Assembly: GCA_016188245.1 (NCBI GenBank)
Contig: JACPIE010000040.1
Coordinates: 64,365 to 128,364, forward strand
Origin: Candidatus Woesearchaeota archaeon
GTDB lineage: Archaea > Nanobdellota > Nanobdellia > Woesearchaeales > GW2011-AR4
Direction of reading: 5' to 3'
Length of the DNA stretch: 64,000 bases
Below, piece by piece: positions 36,000 through 45,117 of this stretch; the stretch's first letter is position 1, and the number at the start of each line of letters is the position of its first letter. The notes under the pieces were generated by a model that worked only from the letters and a program-made list of their open reading frames with translations, ran no database searches and was not told the DNA's origin. The translations under genes were made by a program, and so were the position numbers.

Positions 36000-36758
36000 C
36001 TACAGGTTCACCATCGGCCTTATTGACCTGAAGAATGTTATGAACAGGAACTGCAGGACAACAAGGAATAATGTAAAAATTAGCAGGTCATTCCAGCCAA
36101 TCGAAAGGTTTACCAGGCTGGATATTATGATGAATAATGCGACTCCCAGGCTCGGCAGTATTACTGCACCGAGCATGTAAAAAATAACAAGAGTGTTGAG
36201 CTTTTTGCCGTATTTCTTTATTTCCAGCTCCTCTTCTTTTGTTATCTCTTCCAGCACTGACTCGAGCGGCTTTGTTACGTCAATGCCTAGCTGCAGGGCA
36301 TTGTTTATGTGGAAGAGTATACTTCTCAGCTTGTCCGAAGGAGAGTATATCATTGCGCTGTTCAGCGCGTCCTCTATCGTGTTGCCCGTGCCTATGTCAT
36401 CCACTATCTCCTTGATATATTTTGAGGCTATACCCCTGCCTTCCGCAGTCTCGATAAGCGCGTTAAGCAGCGGCCTTCCTGAATAAAGCTTCACCAAAAG
36501 GTACCTGCCGACAAACAGGACTTCCTTGTTCACTTCCCTTTCCCGTTTCCTGATTTTTGCCTTTACACTTAAAATGAAATATTCGAAAAACAAGACAAAT
36601 ACGATGATGAATGCAGGAAGCGCCAGGATCAATGAGAGGCCTGCCTTCTGAAAAACAAAAAGGAGAAGAAATGAAAATAAAAAAGAATAAAGAACGCTAA
36701 GCTTAAGCTTGCTTTTTATGAACTGCCTTGGTGTATACGGCAAATGCGCTATCCTCAT
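36000..36758 (-). CDS. Type II secretion system F-family platform protein (TadB/FlaJ-like)
   Basis: LVKLYSGRPLLNALIETAEG...IEDALNSAM, TM segments at both ends. Start at ATG 36758 to avoid overlapping the ATPase gene. Confidence 0.7.
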   Translation of the reverse strand: MRIAHLPYTPRQFIKSKLKLSVLYSFLFSFLLLFVFQKAGLSLILALPAFIIVFVLFFEYFILSVKAKIRKREREVNKEVLFVGRYLLVKLYSGRPLLNALIETAEGRGIASKYIKEIVDDIGTGNTIEDALNSAMIYSPSDKLRSILFHINNALQLGIDVTKPLESVLEEITKEEELEIKKYGKKLNTLVIFYMLGAVILPSLGVALFIIISSLVNLSIGWNDLLIFTLFLVVLQFLFITFFRSIRPMVNL

Positions 36759-36811
36759 CTCTGTCTTGAGGCGCGGAAAAAGGAGGGCTATCCTGTTTAA
36801 AGCTCCAATCT

Positions 36812-38272
36812 TTAAGCACCGCCTTTGATTTGCATGAACGGCCTGTTGTGGTAATATTTTGACATTAGCAGCCCTATCTTGTTGACATCGTTTATGTTTT
36901 TGGCAGCCATCCATTTCAGTATTTTTATTTTTGACTGCATGTCTGCATATACGTCCTGCTTCTGAAGCCCTGTGTAAAGGCTTAAAGTCTCTATGATTGC
37001 CAGCGGCTCGTTAACTATTTCGAGGCTGTCTTTGATAGGGTTAAGCTGCATTAAAAGCCGCCCGTCGCCATTCGGCAGCACTTCCGCAATCTGCAATGTC
37101 CTTCTTCTCCCTGTTCTTCTGTTGATGTGCTGCACGGCAATCAGCGAAAGCGCTGAAAGCATCTGCTTGGGCAGGTCTATGGGGGGATTTGTAAGCCTGT
37201 TTACTGTTTCCCTTACATTGTTTGCGTGCAGTGTCCCGTAAACTGAATGCCCGGTGTGCATTGCCTCAAACAGCACTTCGGCTTCTTTTCTTCTCCTTAT
37301 CTCCCCTACAACAATCCTGTCGGGCCTCATCCTCAATGCATTGACAATCAAGTCGAGCATTTCTATGCCGCCTTTTCCCTCAGGATTAGGCAGCCTCGTT
37401 TCCAATGGCACCCAGTGCAAAATGCTTGGAAGCATGATTTCTCTTGTGTCCTCAATCGAGATTATTCTCTGGTTCGGTGGGAAAAAATTTGCAATTGCAT
37501 TAAGCATGCTTGTTTTTCCGGATGCCGTGCCTCCTGCAACAATTATTGACATCTCGTTCTGCACAGCCAGCCACATCAAGGCGGCCCCCTCATACGAGAT
37601 TGTCCTTTCTTTTATGAAATCTGTTATTGTCCACGGCTTCACTGCAAATTTTCTTATTGTTATTGTATTGCCTTTTGAGGATATCGGAGACAAAGTCGCA
37701 TTTACCCTGTCGCCCGTCTTCAAGTGGGCATCCATCAATGGGTTCAGTATGGTAATCTCCTTTCCGACATCCCTGCCGATTGATGTGGAATAATGCCTTA
37801 TCCTTGACTCGCTTGGCACAACCACATTTGTTTTCAGCCAGCCGTAGCGCCTGTGGTAGACCCATACCGGCTCCTTTGAGCTGTTTATCACTATCTCCTC
37901 AAGATTGGTGTCTTTGAGCAGTATGTCGAGATTGCCGAGCCCGATATTCTGCTGCAGGATATAGTTGATGAGCATGTCCATTGTCTTCTTGTCTGCGCTT
38001 GGGAAATATTTTGCAAGAAGCTTCAGGATTTTTTCCTTGAACTGCTCCTGTATGTCATATACGCTTGCCTCTTCGCTCAAGGTTTTTGTCTCCTCTGCAA
38101 CGAATTCATCCCTTATCTTCTCAAGAATCAGCTTTGTAGTGTCGCTGATGTTGGTTATGGAGATGCTGTACAGCGGCACAGGCTCCTCTTCCTTCGAGAT
38201 TATAGTGACATCAACCACTATGTCATTCACATTCAGCTCGTAAGCGTCAATTATTTTTTGGCCGGCTTCCAT
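36812..38272 (-). CDS. Type IV pilus/archaellum-type assembly ATPase (GspE/FlaI/TadA family)
   Basis: Walker A VAGGTASGKTSMLNA. IISIEDTREI, RMRPDRIVVGEIR (Walker B/Asp box region) and HTGHSVYGTLHA (His box). Confidence 0.9.
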   Translation of the reverse strand: MEAGQKIIDAYELNVNDIVVDVTIISKEEEPVPLYSISITNISDTTKLILEKIRDEFVAEETKTLSEEASVYDIQEQFKEKILKLLAKYFPSADKKTMDMLINYILQQNIGLGNLDILLKDTNLEEIVINSSKEPVWVYHRRYGWLKTNVVVPSESRIRHYSTSIGRDVGKEITILNPLMDAHLKTGDRVNATLSPISSKGNTITIRKFAVKPWTITDFIKERTISYEGAALMWLAVQNEMSIIVAGGTASGKTSMLNAIANFFPPNQRIISIEDTREIMLPSILHWVPLETRLPNPEGKGGIEMLDLIVNALRMRPDRIVVGEIRRRKEAEVLFEAMHTGHSVYGTLHANNVRETVNRLTNPPIDLPKQMLSALSLIAVQHINRRTGRRRTLQIAEVLPNGDGRLLMQLNPIKDSLEIVNEPLAIIETLSLYTGLQKQDVYADMQSKIKILKWMAAKNINDVNKIGLLMSKYYHNRPFMQIKGGA

Positions 38273-38330
38273 TTTTCAAATGATAGCTTATTGAAATTAG
38301 ATAGTTTATTGTTTATTGCACGTCTTTATT

Positions 38331-39284
38331 TTATTGCAGCGTCTTTATCTTGGCGTGCAGAGCCTTTGATTCGGCGTCGTTGGGCTCGATGCTTAACGCC
38401 TCCTGTATGTCCTTGAATGCCTCATTGTAAAATCCCTTTTCCATGTTTCTTTTCGCGCGCTCTTTTTTCGAGGATAGCGCTCCGGCATCCGGAACATTTC
38501 CACTGAATTGATGGATGGCCTGCTGATTTTGGGGCTGCTGGGCCAGCTGCTTCTGCAGATTTGATATCTCGTTGTAAATGCTCAGGCTTCTGTAGATGTC
38601 CAGGATCCTCATCCCAATTGGATTTTTGTGCCTTAAAAATCCTTCAGGCACCTGGTTGTAAAGCTCTATGCACTTATTGTAGTTTACAGTCGCATTTACT
38701 GTGTCATTGGACCTTATGGCAAGGCTTATCTTTTCTATAAGCCGGTTGATTTCCGATATCAGTGAGGATGTCCTTTTTATTAGTTCGCTGTCTGTTCCCA
38801 TCTTCAGCTCCCTGTAAAAATCCGCTATCTGCGCCTCAATTATCCTTTTTTCCTCGAAGAAAGCATCGGGAATCGTGCTGAATATCTCCTGAGCTTCTGA
38901 ATAAAGCTTGAACGGCGCCTCTTTTCTGCCCTGCTGTATCGCAGATTTTGCACGGCCAATAATCTCGTTTACGCGCTCTGATTTTTGCCTGGCTTCGCCG
39001 TAGGACTGGGCCAGCATGCCGGAAAACTGCCTGCTCAGCGCCAGCAGCTGTTCGTAAAGCTCCCTGTTCCATTTCAGCTTTTGCCCGGAAAGGGCGCGCC
39101 AAAGCTGCATGTATTCCTGCTCTGCCTGCCATATGTTGCCTGCGCCGATGCTTGCGCTGATGTTCTGGGCCAGTGGCTGCCTGCCGTCATCTTCGGGCGG
39201 CAATCCGTCCTCTTTTTTTTCAGAAGTGCCCGTCTGCAATCCCAGGTCGGAAAGCTCCCTATCCAAAAACTCGTCAATGTCCAT
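38331..39284 (-). CDS. Helical-repeat/TPR-like protein of the pilus locus, function unknown
   Basis: 317-aa ORF. The C-terminus GFYNEAFKDIQEALSIEPNDAESKALHAKI is TPR-like. Confidence 0.55.
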   Translation of the reverse strand: MDIDEFLDRELSDLGLQTGTSEKKEDGLPPEDDGRQPLAQNISASIGAGNIWQAEQEYMQLWRALSGQKLKWNRELYEQLLALSRQFSGMLAQSYGEARQKSERVNEIIGRAKSAIQQGRKEAPFKLYSEAQEIFSTIPDAFFEEKRIIEAQIADFYRELKMGTDSELIKRTSSLISEINRLIEKISLAIRSNDTVNATVNYNKCIELYNQVPEGFLRHKNPIGMRILDIYRSLSIYNEISNLQKQLAQQPQNQQAIHQFSGNVPDAGALSSKKERAKRNMEKGFYNEAFKDIQEALSIEPNDAESKALHAKIKTLQ

Positions 39285-39302
39285 TTTTAAACTAAGATGA
39301 TT

Positions 39303-39749
39303 TTAAAGGTATGATAGATATTTTTTCCAGAGGTTCTCTATCTCTTTATCCGGAATTTTCTTTTTGCGCGCTTTTGCCAAAAACTCCTCCCTGATATGGG
39401 TGAGGTTTTGCTGCAAGTATCTCCTCCACATGCCTTCTATGTGCTCATGGGGCGCTTTTTTTGATTTTGCTTTCTCATAAAACTGTTCCTTTGTAATCAG
39501 CCCGTTAGCAAAGCTTTTCTCTTTTTCTTTTGTTTCCTTTATGCCGTCTTTGTAAAGGTAAATGTAGGGCGTTGTGAACTTGTACTCTATCCCGAAAATT
39601 TTTTCCTCCACTAAAAAATCTACCAAAGCCTGGACGCTTGCCACAGGCATGCCGAGCTTTTTCGCTGCCTCCTCAATTGATATCTTCTTGTGTTTTCTGA
39701 CAAGCTCGAGCAGCTCATCTGCAGTTGTCCTAAGCACAAAGTCAGCCAT
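39303..39749 (-). CDS. Small winged-helix-like protein of the pilus locus
   Basis: ELLELVRKHKKISIEEAAKKLGMPVASVQALVDFLVEEKIF is HTH-like. Confidence 0.5.
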   Translation of the reverse strand: MADFVLRTTADELLELVRKHKKISIEEAAKKLGMPVASVQALVDFLVEEKIFGIEYKFTTPYIYLYKDGIKETKEKEKSFANGLITKEQFYEKAKSKKAPHEHIEGMWRRYLQQNLTHIREEFLAKARKKKIPDKEIENLWKKYLSYL

Positions 39750-39816
39750 ATGCTTAAATTTAGAGCATCATATAAAAACTTTAGTCATTGACCTTGAGTA
39801 ATAACTGATATTTCCA

Positions 39817-40788
39817 TCAGCATGCCTGCACTGCGTCCTGGGCAGTTATATTGTACCTTATGACATGCTCGAAGTCAAGCTTGAAGTACCGAAATTCGTC
39901 CCATAAGCCCGTGATGTTGTAAAGCTGGCTGCATTCATTTTGAAACTCGTGGCTCCAGAAGGAATAATCAGCATAGCTTTCAGCCTGGTCGCTTGGGCTT
40001 ATCCTGTTTGGATTTACAAGGCTTTCTATGCCGCAGCAGCTTGAATTGGATATTGTGTTTGTAAGCCTCATCAAAAATGACGGCGCATTTGAATTGTCAA
40101 GATGGATGTACGTGCCGTTTCTCAAATGCTCCCTGACTTTTGTGATATTCCACTCTTCAGTTATCCCGATTGTTGACTTTTTGACCTGGTTGGTGTATTC
40201 ACCGTTTGTGTTGGCGAGATAATACGGGTCATGCATCCCCTCCAGGCTGACTGATACGGCTATGGTATCAATTTTATTCCATTCTGCCACATTTGACCTG
40301 ACAGTAAAATTTACGCTCATCCTTGAGCCAATTTCCCATGGCTTTGACTGGAAAGCTGAGACATTTAGAACTGTTATCTCGGTATCGACATTCAAGGTGT
40401 CTTTGGCCGTGCTTGCAATTCTTTCATTCCATCCGCTGATTGTGTCATTGCCCATTATCTGCTTGCCGGTAACAGAATCTATAGGAGTTCCGTTTATTTT
40501 TCCCGTCATTATGATTTCGGAGAATGCAGCGTCAAAATCCTCCAGGTAGGAGCCTGTTGAGTTAATGTAAAATATCATGGAAAGGATTGTCTTGTAAGCT
40601 GAAGTCCGGAGCACTGTTTCAAAATAAGTGCTTAAATCACCGACATAATTGTCAACCGCAGCTATCCTTGCATTCACAGCCTGGGTGTCTTTCTGAACGC
40701 TTATGCCTGCCTGGGGGGTGAACACCAGCAGAAAAATTGCCATTATCATTATGGATATAAACGTGAAGAATATCCCCTTGTTGCTCAT
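39817..40788 (-). CDS. Large pilin-like/minor pilin protein with N-terminal hydrophobic helix
   Basis: MSNKGIFFTFISIMIMAIFLLVF. ATGA overlap with the upstream gene at 40785-40788. Confidence 0.6.
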   Translation of the reverse strand: MSNKGIFFTFISIMIMAIFLLVFTPQAGISVQKDTQAVNARIAAVDNYVGDLSTYFETVLRTSAYKTILSMIFYINSTGSYLEDFDAAFSEIIMTGKINGTPIDSVTGKQIMGNDTISGWNERIASTAKDTLNVDTEITVLNVSAFQSKPWEIGSRMSVNFTVRSNVAEWNKIDTIAVSVSLEGMHDPYYLANTNGEYTNQVKKSTIGITEEWNITKVREHLRNGTYIHLDNSNAPSFLMRLTNTISNSSCCGIESLVNPNRISPSDQAESYADYSFWSHEFQNECSQLYNITGLWDEFRYFKLDFEHVIRYNITAQDAVQAC

Positions 40789-41315
40789 TTTTCCCATACA
40801 AATACCTCGGACTTATATGGGCCCCAGATGCTGCTTGTGCTCTTGTTCAGGATTCCGAAAGTGGCTTTTTTTGAGGTTAGCAGCAGCTTTGTGTTTTTTT
40901 TTGAGCCTGTATGCTCAGCAGATGGAGTTTTCGGATAGATAAGGTTGCCATCAATCCAAAGCTCATATCTGAACTGGGGAGGTATAGCTCCTGCCGATAC
41001 ATTCTGAACAAATTTTTCCGCTGTGTCGAGCTTTTCTTCAGCATAAAACTCGCCAATCTGCTGCAGCAGCGAATTATCGCCATCAGTTATCTCGCCCTGG
41101 CTCCAGAGATAGCCGCCAATGCCTGCATAAGGGTTGTTTATGCTTTTTATCTTGGTTTTTGACAAAAAATTAAGCAGGTCGTCCGACAGCAGGCTGACTT
41201 GGGCAGGCTGAGGCACATTGATATAGGAAGAAGTAATAAGAAAAATGCCTATGACTATCACCATCAATGCCAGCAAGGCATCAAGCATGAAGAAAAAACC
41301 TCTTTTTTTAAGCAT
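40785..41315 (-). CDS. Pilin-like protein (prepilin-type N-terminus)
   Basis: MLKKRGFFFMLDALLALMVIVIGIFLI. Confidence 0.65.
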   Translation of the reverse strand: MLKKRGFFFMLDALLALMVIVIGIFLITSSYINVPQPAQVSLLSDDLLNFLSKTKIKSINNPYAGIGGYLWSQGEITDGDNSLLQQIGEFYAEEKLDTAEKFVQNVSAGAIPPQFRYELWIDGNLIYPKTPSAEHTGSKKNTKLLLTSKKATFGILNKSTSSIWGPYKSEVFVWEK

Positions 41316-41444
41316 CTTGGCAGATAATGCCTAAAACTAAACCATATTTATAGTTTATGTTTTATAAGTGGTTGGAAATGGCTTAAGCTGTTTAGTGGGT
41401 ATTTCTACGAACGAAACGGGCTGGGGGTTCCTTATTCCTTACTT

Positions 41445-42278
41445 TTATCTGTGAGTTTTTTTATCTGTTATAGAAAGATAGTTTTTTCTGGTTGTTACTG
41501 GACGGCCTAATTCTTTTTCAGCTTCTATTCTGGCATTTCCTGCGACTTTTCCGCCTCTTTTGGCAACATCTTTGCTTTTATCAAAAGTTTCTGGTTTTTC
41601 TTCTTGTGAAAGTTCTGTTGTCATACGCTCACCAAGCATTGTAAAAATCAGCTCCAAATCGTTCATGTGGTCTCTTAGATTGGCTTTCGATTGTTTTGGC
41701 AAATTTTTGAATTTCTTGTACTCGGTTGGAGTCATTCCGAATGTTGCTTTAGAAATTTCTGCTGTCAGGATAGCAAAATCTTTTTGTTCTTGAATACCTC
41801 TTTCTTTCCATTCATCAGTTAGATTTTGCCTTATAGCAATGCCTCTTAACCTTTTATCAATCCAATCTTGAGGATATCCCTTTGCAGTGTAAATCTCTTT
41901 CATTCTTGCTTGAGCAAGTTCGGGGTTTTCTATTTCATCAATTCGCTCTTTTCCTACCTCTGCCAGCCATCTCTTGAATGGTTCAGCATTTTTGCTTGGA
42001 ATTGATTGAATAAGCCGAAAAACGTCTTTTGTGTTGCCAGCAAGAACTTGCCTGTTTTTGCCTGTTTCAGTCAGCATTTCTACATGGGGACAGTTTGTCC
42101 CTAGGTAGCTTCCAAGCTCTTCATCTCTTTTACGCAGCTTTTTCAGATAATCGGTAGGGTTAACACTATCAGTTAAGGCTTTGACTATATCAACCAAAGA
42201 ATAATACCATTCATCATTAAACCAAGTTCTTCGGATTTTCTTGCTTTGGAATACAACTAATGCATTGTTTGAATTCAT
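41445..42278 (-). CDS. Bro-N domain protein, DinD (DNA-damage-inducible protein D)-like
   Basis: ALVVFQSKKIRRTWFNDEWYYSLVDIVKALTDS is a Bro-N pattern. Length (277 aa) and the C-terminal GGKVAGNARIEAEKELGRPV resemble DinD. Confidence 0.65.
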   Translation of the reverse strand: MNSNNALVVFQSKKIRRTWFNDEWYYSLVDIVKALTDSVNPTDYLKKLRKRDEELGSYLGTNCPHVEMLTETGKNRQVLAGNTKDVFRLIQSIPSKNAEPFKRWLAEVGKERIDEIENPELAQARMKEIYTAKGYPQDWIDKRLRGIAIRQNLTDEWKERGIQEQKDFAILTAEISKATFGMTPTEYKKFKNLPKQSKANLRDHMNDLELIFTMLGERMTTELSQEEKPETFDKSKDVAKRGGKVAGNARIEAEKELGRPVTTRKNYLSITDKKTHR

Positions 42279-42509
42279 TTTTGCAATAAAATAAACCTAA
42301 AACTTTATAAAGTATTCTCTTTATAAACTAAATCTCTGAACTCCCCCTAACGAAACGACTAAAACGAAATGTCCCTCTTAATGTTTGTTCTTTATTACTC
42401 ACTTTGTTCGCCAGATTGAACATGAGCCACTAAAAATTACTCTGTGGACTCAAGTTTCCAGAACTTCGTAACTGAAAACTTACTTAACAAGAAAGTATAT
42501 GCTAATCTC

Positions 42510-42902
42510 CTATTTCTGGCTGCAGGGAGTTCCGCTCAGGTTTATAGTCGGCGAGCCTATTCCCCTGTAGCTGTTGTTTATCAGCACAAGATTGCCTTCG
42601 TCATCCTCAAGATATATGCAGAAATCGCCTTCAACCCTCATCCTTCTCTTTAAGTCAGCATAGCTCAGGTTTTTCAGCTCATTTAGCTTGGTTATGTTTA
42701 TCTCGTTTTTGTCAACAACCCTCAAAGGGGCTTCCTGTGAAGCGACCTGCTTTGTAACCGATGAAGCTTCTTCTTTAAGGTTTTGGGCCTTTGTGCCGCT
42801 GTCTGCATCGATCAGTGAGTAGAATATAAAAAAGGCTGCAGAAAATATGATGACTCCCAAAACAATGTCCAGCGACCACGACTGTGATTTTTTAATGCCC
42901 AT
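42510..42902 (-). CDS. Pilin-like protein (class III signal peptide-like)
   Basis: MGIKKSQSWSLDIVLGVIIFSAAFFIFYSLI; start moved to ATG 42902. Confidence 0.6.
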   Translation of the reverse strand: MGIKKSQSWSLDIVLGVIIFSAAFFIFYSLIDADSGTKAQNLKEEASSVTKQVASQEAPLRVVDKNEINITKLNELKNLSYADLKRRMRVEGDFCIYLEDDEGNLVLINNSYRGIGSPTINLSGTPCSQK

Positions 42903-42993
42903 AAGAATATAATCTGTCAAAAACATATAAAAAGGTTTCTAAATTCATGCAGCTACAGCAAACTTTAAGAATAACTGATTAAACAGGATTAGC

Positions 42994-44391
42994 ATGAGGG
43001 AATCCTGCAAAGAGCTGCTGCTGATGTTTTTATTTGTCCTGCTGTTTGTCCTTATTTCTTCCTTCAGGCTGGATTTTCTGATTTGGCTCGTCAATGTTCC
43101 CCTGCTGATCCTTGTTTACGGAAAGCCTGTAAAAAAAGCTGCCCTGCTCGCGCTGCCTCCAAGCATTCTGGCTGTTGCCCTCTCAGTCACATGGGTTACA
43201 GAATACAGCTGGAGCGCATATATTCTATCATCAATTTTGGTTTCTGGATTCTTTTTTTTGTTTGCCGTAGCCTTCAGCATCCTGGCAAGAAGAATCAGGG
43301 GAAATATGCAGATTTTTGCTGCGCCTTTTGTTTACTCCATCCTGATGATATTATTCTCATTCAGCGTGATAGGCAGCTACTGGGCAGACTGGTCGATGTT
43401 CAATCCGGCAATTGCCCCATTAATCTGGATTGTTGGCAGCCACGGAATAACTTTCCTGATAATTTTAGCCAATTCAATGATTGCATTTTATATTTTGAAG
43501 AGGGACAATAAAATTTTGGCAGCAGGGATTGTTCTTGCATTGGTTATAGTTGGAAGCCATGCTTACAGCATTAATTCAAATCCCGATGGGCAAAAGATAA
43601 AAGTTGCATTGCTGCAGGGCAACTTTAACCAGGGCTGGGAATGGCGCGCCTTGAATGCAAAAAGCATCATTTTTGATGCTTATGAGAACATGACAATTGA
43701 AGCTGCAAAAAGCAAGCCTGCACTGATAGCCTGGCCGGAATATGCCATAGCAGACGAAGTTCTGAAAGACAAAAATTTAACGAACAGGCTGTCAAGCCTT
43801 GCAAGAAAATCAAATGCGCATCTGGTTGTAGGCGCTTTAAGGTGGCATGATTCTTTCTACAGGAATGAAAGGGAAAGGAATGATATCGCGCTTGTTTTCG
43901 GGCCTGACGGAAGGTTAATCGGGGAATATAATTCTGTAAAGCCGGTCCCTTTTGAAAAATGGGTTTTGCCCGGGAATGAAACAAAAATTTTCACAGGCGG
44001 CATGGGCAATTTTGGCGTCTCATTGTGTTATGAGGAAACCCAAAGCACTGCCAAGGATCTCTCGCTAAAAGGTGCGCAGTTTTTGGTGTCATTGGCTAAC
44101 AACCAGATACTTGATGAAACTTCGGGATTGTACCTCACGGGCCTTTACCCTAATTTAAGGGCTGCGGAGAACGGAAAATACTTAATAAGGGCGACAAACA
44201 CCGGCATCACAAAAATAGTGAATCCTTACGGGAAAACAGATGCCCAATTGGAGCCTTACACAAGGGGAATCCTGGTTGGAGATATTTATTTGAGGGATAA
44301 CAATACATTTTACACAAAATATGGGGATGTGGCCCTGTATTCAGTGCTTATTGTCTTGTTTTTTGTCTTTGTTAAACAAATTTATTTGTAA
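42994..44391 (+). CDS. lnt: Apolipoprotein N-acyltransferase (Lnt)-like: polytopic N-terminus plus CN-hydrolase domain
   Basis: Multiple N-terminal TM helices, then KVALLQGNF, IAWPEYAI (Glu), YNSVKPVPFEKWVLPG (Lys) and GVSLCYEE (Cys), matching the E-K-C triad context of Lnt. Terminal TM present. Confidence 0.75.
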   Translation: MRESCKELLLMFLFVLLFVLISSFRLDFLIWLVNVPLLILVYGKPVKKAALLALPPSILAVALSVTWVTEYSWSAYILSSILVSGFFFLFAVAFSILARRIRGNMQIFAAPFVYSILMILFSFSVIGSYWADWSMFNPAIAPLIWIVGSHGITFLIILANSMIAFYILKRDNKILAAGIVLALVIVGSHAYSINSNPDGQKIKVALLQGNFNQGWEWRALNAKSIIFDAYENMTIEAAKSKPALIAWPEYAIADEVLKDKNLTNRLSSLARKSNAHLVVGALRWHDSFYRNERERNDIALVFGPDGRLIGEYNSVKPVPFEKWVLPGNETKIFTGGMGNFGVSLCYEETQSTAKDLSLKGAQFLVSLANNQILDETSGLYLTGLYPNLRAAENGKYLIRATNTGITKIVNPYGKTDAQLEPYTRGILVGDIYLRDNNTFYTKYGDVALYSVLIVLFFVFVKQIYL

Positions 44392-44436
44392 TTGGTAAAA
44401 TTTGAACGAAAAGTTTATAAATATCTATGTTTAGTG

Positions 44437-44448
44437 ATAGATATCTAT
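44437..44448. promoter_or_regulatory. 12-bp palindrome ATAGATATCTAT between TATA box (44414-44421) and GTG start; putative operator
   Basis: Perfect palindrome. A half-site ATATCTAT is repeated at 44421-44428. ACGAAAAGTTTATAAATA is a BRE/TATA element. Confidence 0.5.
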
Positions 44449-44451
44449 TAG

Positions 44452-44733
44452 GTGATAAAGATATATTTTGAAGATTTGCGCTGGAAAGGAAAGTTATTGA
44501 TATTCACTTGGCATTTCAAAGAGGAGTTTGATAAGCTGAAGAAGCCTATTGAATTTGTGTTAGAGGTGCTTGATGAAGGCGAGCATGTTTTAGTGTCCAA
44601 GAACCAGAACAAATACAACGTATTTTATCCATTCAGAAGAAAATATTTGTGCTTATCATACGCTGAGCATGAGAACATCATTTTGATTCATGTCAAGCCA
44701 ACAACCAAAAAACCGGAGGGAAAAAGAAAATGA
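44452..44733 (+). CDS. Small protein, putative toxin partner of the AbrB-type protein
   Basis: 93 aa, GTG start, ATGA overlap with the next gene. No family recognised. Confidence 0.45.
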   Translation: MIKIYFEDLRWKGKLLIFTWHFKEEFDKLKKPIEFVLEVLDEGEHVLVSKNQNKYNVFYPFRRKYLCLSYAEHENIILIHVKPTTKKPEGKRK

Positions 44734-45110
44734 AAACACGAAAAAAACAGAGTTTTTTTGTGTCCCAAAAGTCAAAGACTTTTGTGAAATTCATGAAAAC
44801 TTGCTATAAGTGCGGAACGGAAGTTAAAGTAGCTAAAAGTGTAAAGGAGGGTATCGCTTTAGACTGCTTGAAGTGCCCTAAATGCGGTGAAGAGTATTTT
44901 ACTTCAAGTGAACTGATAAAGTTTGACATAAAGACAGGAAAAAGAAAGATGGTTAGAAAATTCGGAACATTGGGAGATTCTACAGTTATGCGATTTCCTT
45001 CCGATGTGATAAAAGATTACAAGATAAAACCGGGAGATTATGGAATATTTGAGAAAAAGCCAGAAGGGATATTGATAAAGCCAATTCATGCAAAGGATAT
45101 TGGGAATTAG
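44730..45110 (+). CDS. Zinc-ribbon plus SpoVT/AbrB-like domain protein (putative antitoxin/regulator)
   Basis: CYKCGTEV...CLKCPKCGEEYF (CxxC x2), then TLGDSTVMRFPSDVIKDYKIKPGDYGIFEKKPEGILIKP (AbrB swapped-hairpin pattern). Confidence 0.55.
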   Translation: MKTRKKQSFFVSQKSKTFVKFMKTCYKCGTEVKVAKSVKEGIALDCLKCPKCGEEYFTSSELIKFDIKTGKRKMVRKFGTLGDSTVMRFPSDVIKDYKIKPGDYGIFEKKPEGILIKPIHAKDIGN

Positions 45111-45117
45111 CAGAATT

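Noticed and set aside
36759-36914. N-terminal extension of the TadB-like ORF overlapping the ATPase gene by about 100 nt
   Set aside because: The extension (MDGCQKHKRCQQDRAANV...) reads like out-of-frame ATPase sequence. The internal ATG at 36758 gives a typical N-terminus without overlap.
38836-39300. Several overlapping ORFs in multiple frames (98, 101, 67 and 63 aa) suggesting hidden genes
   Set aside because: The region is the locally GC-richer 5' part of the 317-aa TPR-like gene, and stop-poor alternative frames are expected there. The long minus-strand ORF is the coherent one.
41400-42370. Possible terminal repeats flanking the Bro-N/DinD-like gene (GAACGAAACGGGCTGGGGG at about 41409 vs CCCCCTAACGAAACGAC at about 42350)
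   Set aside because: Only a G5/C5 run and an 8-nt ACGAAACG match exist, in inconsistent orientations. This is insufficient to call inverted repeats or a target duplication.
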